From a virus: DNA of 36,262 nucleotides. Location of the stretch: IMG/VR virus record IMGVR_UViG_3300045988_169357, positions 1 through 36,262 of that record; one strand, written 5' to 3'. The first letter of the stretch is position 1; each line of letters begins with the position of its first letter. The notes under the pieces were generated by a model. The model made no database searches. It worked only from the letters and a program-made list of their open reading frames with translations, and was not told where the DNA came from. Of this stretch, positions 5,999-16,151 are shown piece after piece. The position numbers and the translations under genes were made by a program.

Positions 5999-7497
5999 TA
6001 TAACACCTCTTCTTCCGTTGTTTTTGTATATTCTAATGTTACATAACCATTAAACATACTCCTATCACCGTCAGTCTGTATTTCTATTGTTGTATTATCA
6101 ACAGCCAATGCTGTATTGTAAAACATTTCTGTATTCTTGTATACTAGTGGCAAAGATTGCGTAAATTTTGTTTCATCATTTCTTATTGCTATACCCTCTA
6201 TTTTTGTAAAAATACTTATATTACTTATATTGTGTTGTACTTCTTTTTTGGTTGCATTAGGTAATGTTCCAAAATTTATAACTTTTCTATATATTGTCTT
6301 GCCATCTATCCAGGTGCCTACTGCTTGTTCCTCCGTTGAATAAGTGCTGTTCCTTGTTATTTTTTCATTTAGTTCTTTCCCTTGTTTTGCGCTTAAAGCA
6401 TCTGTTGCGCTTGTACTTTCTAAACTGTTTACTACTGTAGCAACTAATCCAGCACTTTGTTTTGCTTTTATTATGTAGGCCGCTACAAATGAAGGTTGAA
6501 TGTTGTTATGTGGTTGTGAGCCTCCAGTTTTCCCTGCTAAATCATCTCCTGTGTAAAGATATTGATTTGCTGGAACAGACCAACTGTATGCAGCTTTGCC
6601 TGAATTTCCACTGTTTCCTCCAGCCAACGATTGCTTGTGGTTATGTTCTGGCATTTCTTTTATTGTTAATGTATGTGTCTTTTCTCCAATAGTTTTTCCT
6701 ATTGTGTTAAAATCTGCATCGTCTGCATTTAATCCAACAATAGTTCTTCCTTTTATGTTTGGAAGATTAAATGTTGTACTTCCATCTCCTTCTCCAAAAG
6801 TGGTTCCGATTATAGCGAATAAATGATTATATTCTGTTCTATCTAATTCACTTCCATCACAAACAAGCCAATTTTCAGGAGCAGTTGCTTTGGGATATGG
6901 CATTATAGAACCTACCGGCAATGTATCGCCTGTTGCACTTCCTCCTCCAGTTTGGTTTACCCATTCTACATCGTTATCTGTATCTGTTTTTTTGGCTAAT
7001 ACTTGTCCTGTTGTTCCTCCAGTTGGGATTAATTTTGCTTTATCTTCGTTTGTGTAGTCGTTTGTGCTCAGTCCTTTTCCTTTTTCTTTGTCTACTTTAT
7101 TATTTAGGGTTTTTTTAGCTGCTGTTGATATTGGCTTATCTAAATCAGCTGTGTTATCCACATTATTTAATTCTACATCCTTTTTGTTTAAGACTATATT
7201 CACAATTTTATTTGCAATAGAAATATCTTTTCCATTTTTTTGTATTTTTTCAATTACATTAGATTGTGCTTCTTTTTCTATATTATCTAATTTTTCTTTG
7301 TCTTCTTTACTCATAAAGCCACTTAAATCTGCTGTTGCATTTTTATGTACTAATTGTGTATTTTTAGTATGTGCGTCAATTTTATTATCTAATTTATCCC
7401 AGTTTTCATTTAGTGCTTTATCTATGTCAAATTCTTCTTCACCATCTTTTTCTGGTTCCCATTTAAATAGGTTTAATAAATTTGTAAAAACACTCAT
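5998..7497 (-). CDS. Tail fibre / receptor-binding protein with a phage tail-collar domain
   Basis: LPVGSIMPYP..PENWLVCDGSELDRTEYNHLFAIIGTTFGEGDGSTTFNLPNIKGRTIVG matches the tail-collar domain pattern. Confidence 0.85.
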   Translation of the reverse strand: MSVFTNLLNLFKWEPEKDGEEEFDIDKALNENWDKLDNKIDAHTKNTQLVHKNATADLSGFMSKEDKEKLDNIEKEAQSNVIEKIQKNGKDISIANKIVNIVLNKKDVELNNVDNTADLDKPISTAAKKTLNNKVDKEKGKGLSTNDYTNEDKAKLIPTGGTTGQVLAKKTDTDNDVEWVNQTGGGSATGDTLPVGSIMPYPKATAPENWLVCDGSELDRTEYNHLFAIIGTTFGEGDGSTTFNLPNIKGRTIVGLNADDADFNTIGKTIGEKTHTLTIKEMPEHNHKQSLAGGNSGNSGKAAYSWSVPANQYLYTGDDLAGKTGGSQPHNNIQPSFVAAYIIKAKQSAGLVATVVNSLESTSATDALSAKQGKELNEKITRNSTYSTEEQAVGTWIDGKTIYRKVINFGTLPNATKKEVQHNISNISIFTKIEGIAIRNDETKFTQSLPLVYKNTEMFYNTALAVDNTTIEIQTDGDRSMFNGYVTLEYTKTTEEEVL

Positions 7498-9599
7498 TGT
7501 TCACCCTCCTTATACTGTATAAGTCCTTCTATTATTACAGTAGCATATATTGCCCCTGTTTTTGTTGCTCCATCTGTTCTATCATTTACATTGCTTAAAG
7601 ATGTTTCAATTTTTAGTCTGTTTATTCCTTCTACTAATTCTTCAGCAAAATTTATAGACTCAATTTTTTCGGATGCATAAGATTCTTTAGATGGTACCTG
7701 TGCAGTAAAACCATTTTGACCAAATGCACTACTAATTTCATCGTAATTGTCATTATCTGTATTTTCCCATGCATCGCCACCAAAATCGGCAGCTATCATA
7801 CGATTATTTATGTTATTACATTTGTATAATTTAACAGATCTTGCATAGCCCCATGTATATTGTACTTTTCCAGTTTCAAAATTAGTTATTCCCCAATATA
7901 CTGGAACATGTGTTATAATTACTCTTGCTTGTTTTATTTTTAAATTTTTGGGTATTGATACATCAATAATTATGCTTTTTTTTTCTAAATTTTCTTCTCC
8001 GAAACTATATTCAAAGCCTACATTTCCACTTTCAGAATAAATATAAGTATTCATCAATCCATCTTCACCTAGAATCTGAGTATTACTACCCATTAAAATT
8101 CCTGTTTCGTCTATTGTTACAATTGCATTACCTTCACTATCAAGGACTTCTATTTTTCCATTAGAACCATTTATTCCTCCAACTTTTAATGTTCCACCTT
8201 TTATTCTGTTAGCGGATAATGTTCCTGCTGTTATAAAATTTGCTACTATTTGTCCGTTCATGGTTATTGCTGTTTCATATGGTCCATTTATGCCTTTGCT
8301 CGAGTAAGCAAATCCATTTATATTCCAACGCCATAAGTGTTCTGCTTTATCAATGTCTAAATTATCGGAAATATACAATTCACCATCTTTTTTTATTACA
8401 TATCCACCATTAAATTCTTTGATTAATTCAGTGGCTTTACTAACTGCTTCTTCATACACATTTGGAATTTCTTTAGTAACTATATCAGATATTTGTTTTT
8501 GTATAGGACCTTTCGTTTTATAGGTATTATCAAACTTGGTTTCACCTTTTGCACTCCAGGTTTGTGAAACTGCTCCAGTATACTCCCACGAAATTCCTCT
8601 TATGTAAGTTAAATAATTAATATTTTTCGTATCAGTTATATCTATCATATCTAATACATCCATAGATATATCAGGTATACTCGCTTTATACTCATAAGTT
8701 ATGTATGTATACCCTTGCATTTTTATTAAGATTTTTTGTGCCACTTCATCAGTTATAAATGGATTCTTTTCACTTAGCTCTAATATATATCCATTATCCT
8801 CGCCTATTACATAATCTTTATTGTATTTTATTTTTTGAATATTAATATAACTTTCTGCTGGAACAAATTTATTATAGGCTCCTTTTTCAATTTTCTTTAC
8901 AGGTTCATTGGCAAATGTCCTTATTTCACCTCTTCCTGATCTGTTTATTATATATATACCACAGGCACATTCTGCAATGTATCCTAATATTTCTTTCCCA
9001 GTATATCCTTTTGGAACTTCATTTATTATCACATCTTCATTGTAAAAACTGCTTGAATTTGAATTGATTTTGAAATAATTGTGTACATCTTTATATAAAT
9101 CTTTAATTGTAAATGGTGGTGTTAAACTACATTCATATTCTTCCTCTAAATATTTTGTTTTATCTTGTAATTTTATTGTTATAGTTTCATTTTCATTTTT
9201 ATTAATTTTAGTAGGATAAAATATCCCTTGTGGAATCCACAACGATGTAAGGTGCTTTATTTTAAGTTTATTTATTTCTTTAATAGATGTTTTATTAATT
9301 TTTTTTACCGTATACAAATCATCCACAGATAGTTTTAATTCAATTTTAAATTCTTTATTTTCAAATTTTATATTATCTAACTCATTTTCAAAATTTAGTA
9401 ATGTTATATCGACTGTTGCTCCGTATACACCACCAATAGTAAATTTTTCACCATCATTTGTATTTAAATCGTATTTTATACTTTTTATATCTTTATTTGT
9501 TAGAACTATATTATTTAATATAATTCTTGCTATAATTAATAGCTCTTCATTTTTTAATACCTCTTGATAATAAGGATTTTTATTATACATATATATCAC
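7494..9599 (-). CDS. Tail-tip / Tal-like minor structural protein (prophage tail endopeptidase family)
   Basis: 701 aa, positioned after the tape measure and Dit-position gene. The call is based on position and size. Confidence 0.7.
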   Translation of the reverse strand: MIYMYNKNPYYQEVLKNEELLIIARIILNNIVLTNKDIKSIKYDLNTNDGEKFTIGGVYGATVDITLLNFENELDNIKFENKEFKIELKLSVDDLYTVKKINKTSIKEINKLKIKHLTSLWIPQGIFYPTKINKNENETITIKLQDKTKYLEEEYECSLTPPFTIKDLYKDVHNYFKINSNSSSFYNEDVIINEVPKGYTGKEILGYIAECACGIYIINRSGRGEIRTFANEPVKKIEKGAYNKFVPAESYINIQKIKYNKDYVIGEDNGYILELSEKNPFITDEVAQKILIKMQGYTYITYEYKASIPDISMDVLDMIDITDTKNINYLTYIRGISWEYTGAVSQTWSAKGETKFDNTYKTKGPIQKQISDIVTKEIPNVYEEAVSKATELIKEFNGGYVIKKDGELYISDNLDIDKAEHLWRWNINGFAYSSKGINGPYETAITMNGQIVANFITAGTLSANRIKGGTLKVGGINGSNGKIEVLDSEGNAIVTIDETGILMGSNTQILGEDGLMNTYIYSESGNVGFEYSFGEENLEKKSIIIDVSIPKNLKIKQARVIITHVPVYWGITNFETGKVQYTWGYARSVKLYKCNNINNRMIAADFGGDAWENTDNDNYDEISSAFGQNGFTAQVPSKESYASEKIESINFAEELVEGINRLKIETSLSNVNDRTDGATKTGAIYATVIIEGLIQYKEGEQ

Positions 9600-9965
9600 C
9601 TACTGTTCAACAAAATCAGCACTTAATCCTTCCCATACAAATGTTCCGTCATCTTCAACTACAAGAACTGGTGCTGTTCTATTACCTACATACATTGCTT
9701 TAGTTTCATATTTTCCTGTTTGTGGGTCTGGATAAGTAACTGAAAAAAAGACATCTTTAATAGATGTCAAAATTTTACTTATTTCGTCCCATTTTAAAGG
9801 ACCCCACTCATTACTTATTGTTCTTTTTACAGCTACTCTATTTCTGTGCAATTTTGCATTTGCATCTGTATCAGAATTGATATCCTGGTCAGCTATTACG
9901 ACTTGACATTTTTTAGGTGCTGGAATTGCCACTCCGTTTACTTTTAATATTGTAATTCCTTCCAT
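9600..9965 (-). CDS. Small tail component in the distal-tail-protein position
   Basis: Synteny only. The gene sits between the tape measure and the Tal-like gene. Confidence 0.55.
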   Translation of the reverse strand: MEGITILKVNGVAIPAPKKCQVVIADQDINSDTDANAKLHRNRVAVKRTISNEWGPLKWDEISKILTSIKDVFFSVTYPDPQTGKYETKAMYVGNRTAPVLVVEDDGTFVWEGLSADFVEQ

Positions 9966-9978
9966 TTTTTATTCTCCT

Positions 9979-12900
9979 TTAAATAAAATCTAAAATTGAT
10001 TTATCAGTCTTTGACTGTAGCAGTTTCATGCCTCTAATTACTGCTCTTGCAATCTCTATGTCTGAGATACTTAAAACAATATCTCCTCCTGTGTTTTTTA
10101 GGTATTTCAAAATTTCTTTCAATAATCTAACAATTTCACTATTATCAGTACCTTTGAAATTTTTCAACTCGTCAGCTACGATTGAGTGTATTTTATCTTC
10201 TGGTGCTACTATTTCTCCTTGATGTCTATTATCTCCTATCATTGCTAATTGAGGCGTATTTGCTTTAACATATCCACCTTGTGCTAAATATGGGATTTGA
10301 GGAACACTAACTGTACTTAACCAGCTAAACGGCTGAAAATCCATTATTCTTACATTTCTTATTGTTCTTAAGGCTGAATTTATTGCATTAAATGGGATTG
10401 ATACAACTCTATTTATTCCAGAAATTAAACGATTTACGATTGATTTAAAAGCATTGCCTATACCATCTTTAATTCCATCAAAAATTTTCCCTCCCGCACT
10501 GAAAATATTTTTAACATTATTCCAAGCATTTCCAAAAATACTTGAAAACCAATTTCCAATTGAACCAAATACATTTTTAATTCCTTGCAAAGCTCCTTTT
10601 GCACCATTAACAACTTTATCTTTTATTGCGTTCCATATATTTCCAACAGAATCTTTTAAACCATTCCAAATTTTTCCCCAGGTATCTTTTATGCTATTTA
10701 ATATATTAGAAAGAACTGTCTTTATTAGATTTATCTTAAATGATATGTCTTCTTTTATTCCATTAAGTATCCCGGAAACAGCCTCTTTAATTCCATTCCA
10801 AATGTTTGAAAATAAATTCTTTATAGTATCTAATATTCCTGTTACAAAATCTTTAATTGCATTCCAGACTCCTTCAAAAATTCCTTTTATTGCATTCCAA
10901 ATTCCACTAAAAATTGATTTAATACCATCCCAAGCTCTGCTCCAATCTCCTGAAAATACACCTGCTATAAAATCTATTAGTCCTCCTAATGCCTCAAAAA
11001 TACCTCCAACAACACTGCTGATTACTCCAAATACATCACCAATCAAATTTCCTAAAGTTTGAATTATCGGCTGAAGAACTGGTACTACATTTTCAACAAT
11101 CCAATTTATTATTGGAACAAGCCATTGATTCCATAATTCAGAGATAACATTAACCAATTTTCCAACAAATTCTAAGAAACTATTAACCATTGGCTGTAAA
11201 TGTTGCTGCCACAAATCGTCAAATTTCTTTGCCCACTCATCAAGTATTGGTTTTATATTTTCGTTCCAAACTTTCAAACAGGTTTCCAAAATGCTGGAAA
11301 ACCCATCTTTGATATTTTCTACTGCTGGTCTAATATAAGTATCATATACCTCCCAGAATTTTGAAAATGTATCTTGTATGCCTTGTTTTATAGTTCCTAA
11401 AATAGAACTAACTGGTTGCAATATTCCTTCTAAAGATTCTTTTATTAAATCTTTGTTTTCTATAAAAGGCTGTGTTATCATATACAAAATGTCATAACCA
11501 ATTTGTCCGCCAATTTCAATTATTCCAAAAAGCCCATCGGTAAAAATTGCAATTATATCAGCTGTGCATTGTTTTGCCTCTGGTCCTCTAAAAATTGCAA
11601 AAATATCAGCAAAAGTTTCAAAAATATCTCCTGCTAAGTCCCAACCTGCAGAAGATATGCTAAACATATTTATTATATGTTCTTGTATATCTTCCTGATT
11701 TTGCTCTAAAAAATTAGCAATTCCTCCTAATAAATTATCTGCTATTGTTACTCCAATACTTGCAACACTACCTGTTAATCTTCCAAGATTATATAGTACT
11801 GTATCTATCCATTCATTTGCATATTCACTTATATCAGAATCAGTAAATATTTCAATTAAAGCTGTTTTAATTCTTTCACAAGAATTTATTATTTCATCAA
11901 ATCCAGTATTTTCAAATGCATCGTTAAATCCTTCTTTAAATATTTCTATTAGTTCTTTGGCTTTATTAGCTAAAGCTCCCATTTGCGTATTTGCTTTTTG
12001 CATTGTAGAATCTAATAAATTCGCTGAATCTATACCTCCACTTGCTCCACTTCCAGAGCTACTATCATCTTTACTTGGAGTTAAATTGTTTATTTGGTCA
12101 ATACCTCGTAATCCTTGCAATGCTTTTTTGGTTTTTTTAGCACTTTCGCCTATTCCATCTACTGCATTACTTGCATTGTTTGCTTCTGTTGCCAAATTTG
12201 ACACAGAGCTTGAACTATCATCTCCTCCTGCATTTCCAAAAATCATTTCTGTAAATGATTTAAAATAATAAGCAAATATTTGAAGCTTTGAAATTACTAA
12301 ATTAATATCTTTTATGAAAGGAGTAAATATATTTATTAATCCTTGTCCTAAACTTGCTTTTAATTCATTAAATCTTAAACTTAGCACTCTCGTTTGATTT
12401 GCCCAACTATCACTTGTTCTTGCAAAATCTCCACTTGCTATACTAAGTTTATCCATTACAAATTTATATCTTAGTGCCACTTTTTCCTGCTCAGACATTT
12501 TAGATGTGGTTTTTCCATACCCATTTGCCAAAGCATATTGGTCAAGTGCATTTTGTGTCATTACAACACCTAAATCCTTTAAGCTTTCAGTCTCTCCAGT
12601 AAAAACTGATTTTAATTTTGTATAAGACTCATCTGAACTTAAATTGTAAAAAGAAGCAACATCTCCAGTTAATCCAGTTAATGTTTCAGACATTTTTAAT
12701 GCTTCCTCATTTGAAAAACCGAACGATTTAGACATTGCTCCAAAAGTACCTACATATTTCTTTGTAACTGTTTGTCCTAATCCGAATTGTTCTATTGCAT
12801 TCTGAGCAAATTCGTTTACTTGCGTATTTAGATCCCCAAATGTAACATCTACAACATTTTGAACTTCTGATAAATTAGAGCCTAGTTCAATACACTCTTT

Positions 12901-13077
12901 CCCAAAGCTTACAATTGCTTTTACAGAAAATGCAACTGCAGCAATCTTTCCAATTTTTCCTAAAGCCCCTTCAATTCCAGAATTTTTAACTGTATTTGTT
13001 GTGTTTTTAAGCTGTTGATTAAATGGATTAGAATTTAAAACTAATTCCATATCAACAGCTCCAACATTTGTACTCAT
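9979..13077 (-). CDS. Tail tape measure protein
   Basis: About 1030 aa. The C-terminal half is full of W-x-x-I-K type repeats (GIWNAIKG, NIWNGIKE, and others). The likely start is the ATG at 13077, after AAAGGAG. Confidence 0.9.
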   Translation of the reverse strand: MSTNVGAVDMELVLNSNPFNQQLKNTTNTVKNSGIEGALGKIGKIAAVAFSVKAIVSFGKECIELGSNLSEVQNVVDVTFGDLNTQVNEFAQNAIEQFGLGQTVTKKYVGTFGAMSKSFGFSNEEALKMSETLTGLTGDVASFYNLSSDESYTKLKSVFTGETESLKDLGVVMTQNALDQYALANGYGKTTSKMSEQEKVALRYKFVMDKLSIASGDFARTSDSWANQTRVLSLRFNELKASLGQGLINIFTPFIKDINLVISKLQIFAYYFKSFTEMIFGNAGGDDSSSSVSNLATEANNASNAVDGIGESAKKTKKALQGLRGIDQINNLTPSKDDSSSGSGASGGIDSANLLDSTMQKANTQMGALANKAKELIEIFKEGFNDAFENTGFDEIINSCERIKTALIEIFTDSDISEYANEWIDTVLYNLGRLTGSVASIGVTIADNLLGGIANFLEQNQEDIQEHIINMFSISSAGWDLAGDIFETFADIFAIFRGPEAKQCTADIIAIFTDGLFGIIEIGGQIGYDILYMITQPFIENKDLIKESLEGILQPVSSILGTIKQGIQDTFSKFWEVYDTYIRPAVENIKDGFSSILETCLKVWNENIKPILDEWAKKFDDLWQQHLQPMVNSFLEFVGKLVNVISELWNQWLVPIINWIVENVVPVLQPIIQTLGNLIGDVFGVISSVVGGIFEALGGLIDFIAGVFSGDWSRAWDGIKSIFSGIWNAIKGIFEGVWNAIKDFVTGILDTIKNLFSNIWNGIKEAVSGILNGIKEDISFKINLIKTVLSNILNSIKDTWGKIWNGLKDSVGNIWNAIKDKVVNGAKGALQGIKNVFGSIGNWFSSIFGNAWNNVKNIFSAGGKIFDGIKDGIGNAFKSIVNRLISGINRVVSIPFNAINSALRTIRNVRIMDFQPFSWLSTVSVPQIPYLAQGGYVKANTPQLAMIGDNRHQGEIVAPEDKIHSIVADELKNFKGTDNSEIVRLLKEILKYLKNTGGDIVLSISDIEIARAVIRGMKLLQSKTDKSILDFI

Positions 13078-13127
13078 GCCTATTTTTCTCCTTTCTTTCA
13101 AAGGTAAAAGTAGGCATCGGCTAACTA

Positions 13128-13271
13128 CTAGTTATTTTTAACTGTGTTGCTCGCTCTATCTTTTTCATCTATATAAATTATTTTTTTGCATCGCATACAT
13201 TTTATTTCTCCTTTGCAAAAAAAAGCCTTTAGCAACAATTGCTTACAAAAAGGACATCTTATTTCTTTCAT
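13128..13271 (-). CDS. Mu Com-like zinc-ribbon protein (47 aa), absent from the ORF track
   Basis: Translates MKEIRCPFCKQLLLKAFFCKGEIKCMRCKKIIYIDEKDRASNTVKNN, following the MKxIRCxxCxKLLxKA...IxCxRCK pattern of Mu Com. ATGA overlap with the upstream stop codon. Confidence 0.6.
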   Translation of the reverse strand: MKEIRCPFCKQLLLKAFFCKGEIKCMRCKKIIYIDEKDRASNTVKNN

Positions 13272-13657
13272 TTGCTACCACCTGCCATTTCTTTAAAGGC
13301 TTTTTGCATCTCGAGGATTGCTTTTTCGTAATCTTCTTTACTTACCTTTTTTGCTATTTTATTTCTATATTCCCATCTGATGTTTTTTTGCTCTTGTGTA
13401 AAGTTTTTTAAAGTATCTTCATCGTCTTCACTTCTAATTTGAACTATATTCCCCAGTGGAGTATCTGGCATCAAGCCAGATATTAATGTACATAGCTCTG
13501 CATAATTCATATCTTTTATTTCTTTACGGATTCTTATTCCATATTGTTTATTTAAACTAGCCTCTATTAAAAGCCAGTCTTCTTCCATGTCATACCACAA
13601 TTCGTTGTTGCTATTGCTTTTGAAATCGTTTTTCCATCTCTTCATATGTAATTTCAT
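13268..13657 (-). CDS. Tail assembly chaperone, T-part (Gp15-like), probably expressed as a fusion with 13611..13916
   Basis: 47-nt overlap with the upstream ORF, and no SD before its first ATG. WYDMEEDWLLIEASL..NYAELCTLISGLMPDTPLGNIVQIRS is Gp15-like. Confidence 0.7.
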   Translation of the reverse strand: MKLHMKRWKNDFKSNSNNELWYDMEEDWLLIEASLNKQYGIRIRKEIKDMNYAELCTLISGLMPDTPLGNIVQIRSEDDEDTLKNFTQEQKNIRWEYRNKIAKKVSKEDYEKAILEMQKAFKEMAGGSK

Positions 13658-13916
13658 TGATTTGTGCTAATATCGCAACAATAATTATTTGCAATTGTTT
13701 TACTGTAACTTTCATTTCTTTTATTTCTTTTACAGCCATTTCTCCTAAAAGCATTTCTATTGCAGTATAAAACTCATTTATTGTAGAATCTTTCTTAAAT
13801 ACTTCTCCTACGCGAAGCATTGTTTCTGCAGAACAGTCTATTTCATATGTCTTGTTTTCTGCTATTGTTATTGTTTTTTTGTCACAATCTAATTTATCGA
13901 TTATATTTAAATCCAT
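13611..13916 (-). CDS. Tail assembly chaperone (G-like)
   Basis: Position between the major tail and tape measure genes, and an overlapping downstream ORF. Confidence 0.7.
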   Translation of the reverse strand: MDLNIIDKLDCDKKTITIAENKTYEIDCSAETMLRVGEVFKKDSTINEFYTAIEMLLGEMAVKEIKEMKVTVKQLQIIIVAILAQINEITYEEMEKRFQKQ

Positions 13917-13966
13917 AATTTCCCTCCTAAATAATATTTGGATAAGAGGATAAAACCTCCTATCTT

Positions 13967-14437
13967 TTATTTTTTAACTGCTTGTGTTGTTTCACTACTT
14001 TGTGATGCAGTTTCTGTATAAGTTGGTTTTCCGTTTGACATTACATCAAATTCTAATGGAATTACCTCCGTTGATTTTCCTGCTCCCCAATTTGTTATAT
14101 TATAAACTGCATTTTCGAATACTAATTTTGCTCCATCTGGAAATGTCCATTGTAAACATCCTTCAACATCTCTTCCATTTTTTAATGCTAATCCTGCTAC
14201 ATAATCATTTCCAGCATCTCCAAAATTTCTTTTTCCTGAAATAGAAATAGTAACAGATTTAGAAGTCATTAATCTTCTAACCCATCCTTTTTGATCTAGT
14301 GGATTCCATTCTTCTACTCCGTTATCTAATTTTACTGAGAAGCTTTCCATATCTGCTATATCTTTTAATGCCTCTTTACTAGCTCCTACTTGAAATTGGT
14401 TTTCATACACTGGATATACTCCTGTTTTAGTTGCCAT
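13967..14437 (-). CDS. Major tail protein
   Basis: Synteny. The ATG at 14437 follows AGAAAGGGTG. The GTG at 14446 sits inside the SD. Confidence 0.7.
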   Translation of the reverse strand: MATKTGVYPVYENQFQVGASKEALKDIADMESFSVKLDNGVEEWNPLDQKGWVRRLMTSKSVTISISGKRNFGDAGNDYVAGLALKNGRDVEGCLQWTFPDGAKLVFENAVYNITNWGAGKSTEVIPLEFDVMSNGKPTYTETASQSSETTQAVKK

Positions 14438-14840
14438 TATTTTCACCCTTTCTATATAATAAATTAAATTCTATTGAAAATTTATAAACGTTGTTTTCAT
14501 CTGCTCCTAAATCAATAGGACCATTATATAAGCACTCAATCGAGCAATTATAATCATCAACAAAAAAAGAACTACAATCTAGTAGTTCATAAATTTTATT
14601 GGCCATGGTTTCGGCCACATTATAATTTTTTGTCCATCTTAATAATAAAGTAATTGGTAATATTCCATAACTTTTTAACTTTTTATATTTAGAATTATCT
14701 TCTAATTGTCTACGATTAGCATATAAAGCAATTGCTTTATCTTGGTTTTCGTCCATTTGGCCTATTGACCACTTACTACATTCTAGTATCACAGTTTTCA
14801 AGTAATCTTTTAACTTTAATGTACTTATTTTAGATATCAT
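14427..14840 (-). CDS. Head-tail joining / minor capsid family protein
   Basis: Synteny only. Confidence 0.5.
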   Translation of the reverse strand: MISKISTLKLKDYLKTVILECSKWSIGQMDENQDKAIALYANRRQLEDNSKYKKLKSYGILPITLLLRWTKNYNVAETMANKIYELLDCSSFFVDDYNCSIECLYNGPIDLGADENNVYKFSIEFNLLYRKGENNGN

Positions 14841-15202
14841 CCTTCATTTCTCCTTTTTAATAACTTTGCAAAATATTTTGAAGGTAAATCCTTTTTGTTT
14901 CCATTTAAATAATCATCAAAATAATACTGTTTTGCATTTGGATTTTTACCTTGTTTTATATGTATTTCTGGGTCAAAATATACTTTTCTAGCATAAGGTG
15001 TGTCTACAATTATTGTTGCAACACCTCTTATTGATTTTTTATCATCGACAAATGTACTATCGTTTTGCATCGTACCAGTATCAAATGGCACAGTTTGGCT
15101 TTGAATTAAATCCGTTTTTATTGCCTCTGCAGTATCTATTAATGCTAATCTGGCATTTTCATTTATTTTTTCTATATTTTTATTATTAAATGTTATCTTC
15201 AT
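14837..15202 (-). CDS. HK97 gp10-like / minor capsid family head-tail protein
   Basis: VPFDTGTMQNDS resembles the gp10-family DTGxL motif. Synteny also supports the call. Confidence 0.55.
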   Translation of the reverse strand: MKITFNNKNIEKINENARLALIDTAEAIKTDLIQSQTVPFDTGTMQNDSTFVDDKKSIRGVATIIVDTPYARKVYFDPEIHIKQGKNPNAKQYYFDDYLNGNKKDLPSKYFAKLLKRRNEG

Positions 15203-15203
15203 A

Positions 15204-15551
15204 TTATATCAGCTCCAACGTTGTATGATGAACAGTTCCATCTGGATTCCTTGGTCTACTTGCTTGATAAATTTCATATTCTATATCATTTATTATTACT
15301 TGTCCACCACTTATTTTCTTTATATTGGGTGCTATATCTCCTAGCAATATTACTTTCCCTACAAGTTGAATCTTTCTTCCATCTGGACCAATTATAATTT
15401 TTGTTGTTTCAACAAATCTACATTTTTGTTTTTTTAAATTTAAAGAAGTTAGAGGCTCACCGTTTTCAGATAAGCCTTCTTGATATATAACTACATCACA
15501 TTTATTATTTAATAATCTTTTCAAGTGTTTTGGATTTAATTTTTTTATCAT
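15204..15551 (-). CDS. Head closure / minor capsid family protein
   Basis: Synteny and size. Confidence 0.5.
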   Translation of the reverse strand: MIKKLNPKHLKRLLNNKCDVVIYQEGLSENGEPLTSLNLKKQKCRFVETTKIIIGPDGRKIQLVGKVILLGDIAPNIKKISGGQVIINDIEYEIYQASRPRNPDGTVHHTTLELI

Positions 15552-15931
15552 ATTGTTCTGTTGGTCAATCCTGTTTTTTTCAAATAAAAAAAGGCTAATT
15601 TTGATATATTTAATTTGTCTGCTATATTTTGCGATTCCTTTTCATTTACTGTTAAGTCTCCTCCAACTGAATAACTGGATATACTATCATCATCATATAT
15701 GCCTTCTTCTTTTATATATTCTGCTTGTATACAAGTTGCTTTGATTATTAAATCTTTTTGTTGTGCTGTTAAATTATTAAATCCTCTTCTTTCAATTCTT
15801 GTTAATGTTGCCCTGTTGACATCTATTGAGGCTAACTCTAAATACTTTTCTGTTTCTTCACTTTCTAATACTTTAGAGCCATATTTGTAATAGTCCTCTT
15901 TTGTTGCATAAACATTTATCATTTGCAACAC
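15548..15931 (-). CDS. Head-tail connector (gp6/gp15-like)
   Basis: Synteny. It is the first gene after the capsid module. Confidence 0.55.
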   Translation of the reverse strand: MLQMINVYATKEDYYKYGSKVLESEETEKYLELASIDVNRATLTRIERRGFNNLTAQQKDLIIKATCIQAEYIKEEGIYDDDSISSYSVGGDLTVNEKESQNIADKLNISKLAFFYLKKTGLTNRTI

Positions 15932-15934
15932 CTC

Positions 15935-16141
15935 TTATTTTACTTTCTTTTCTAATTCAGCAACCTTTGCTGTTAGCTCTTCATTAGATTTTGTTAATTT
16001 TTTTAGTTCCTTTTCTAAATCTTTAGAATCTGCTTTTTTAGTAGCTCCTAATTTAGAAAATCCCATAGCTTCATATTGTAATAATTCTTCCTCTTCTATA
16101 GATAATATTGCATTATCTTTTTCTATTTTTATTTTAGCCAT
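15935..16141 (-). CDS. Small coiled-coil protein following the capsid gene
   Basis: Charged helical sequence. Synteny only. Confidence 0.5.
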   Translation of the reverse strand: MAKIKIEKDNAILSIEEEELLQYEAMGFSKLGATKKADSKDLEKELKKLTKSNEELTAKVAELEKKVK

Positions 16142-16151
16142 TTAGAACCTC

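Noticed and set aside
10454-11062. Long + strand ORFs antisense to structural and early genes. Examples: 10454-11062, 32040-32861, 7064-7522, 24160-24633, 4269-4682, 5200-5556 and the 5' part of 33469-34062.
   Set aside because: Their translations are F/L/I/S-rich and low-complexity, which is the mirror image of K/E/N-rich minus-strand genes in an AT-rich genome. None has an SD, and each fully overlaps a well-supported gene.
10400-11100. Periodic DNA repeats in the tape measure gene as a mobile element, or as a variable/template repeat pair of a diversity-generating retroelement.
   Set aside because: They encode the usual in-frame W/F-x-x-I-K tape-measure repeats. No reverse transcriptase or separate template repeat is present anywhere in the window.
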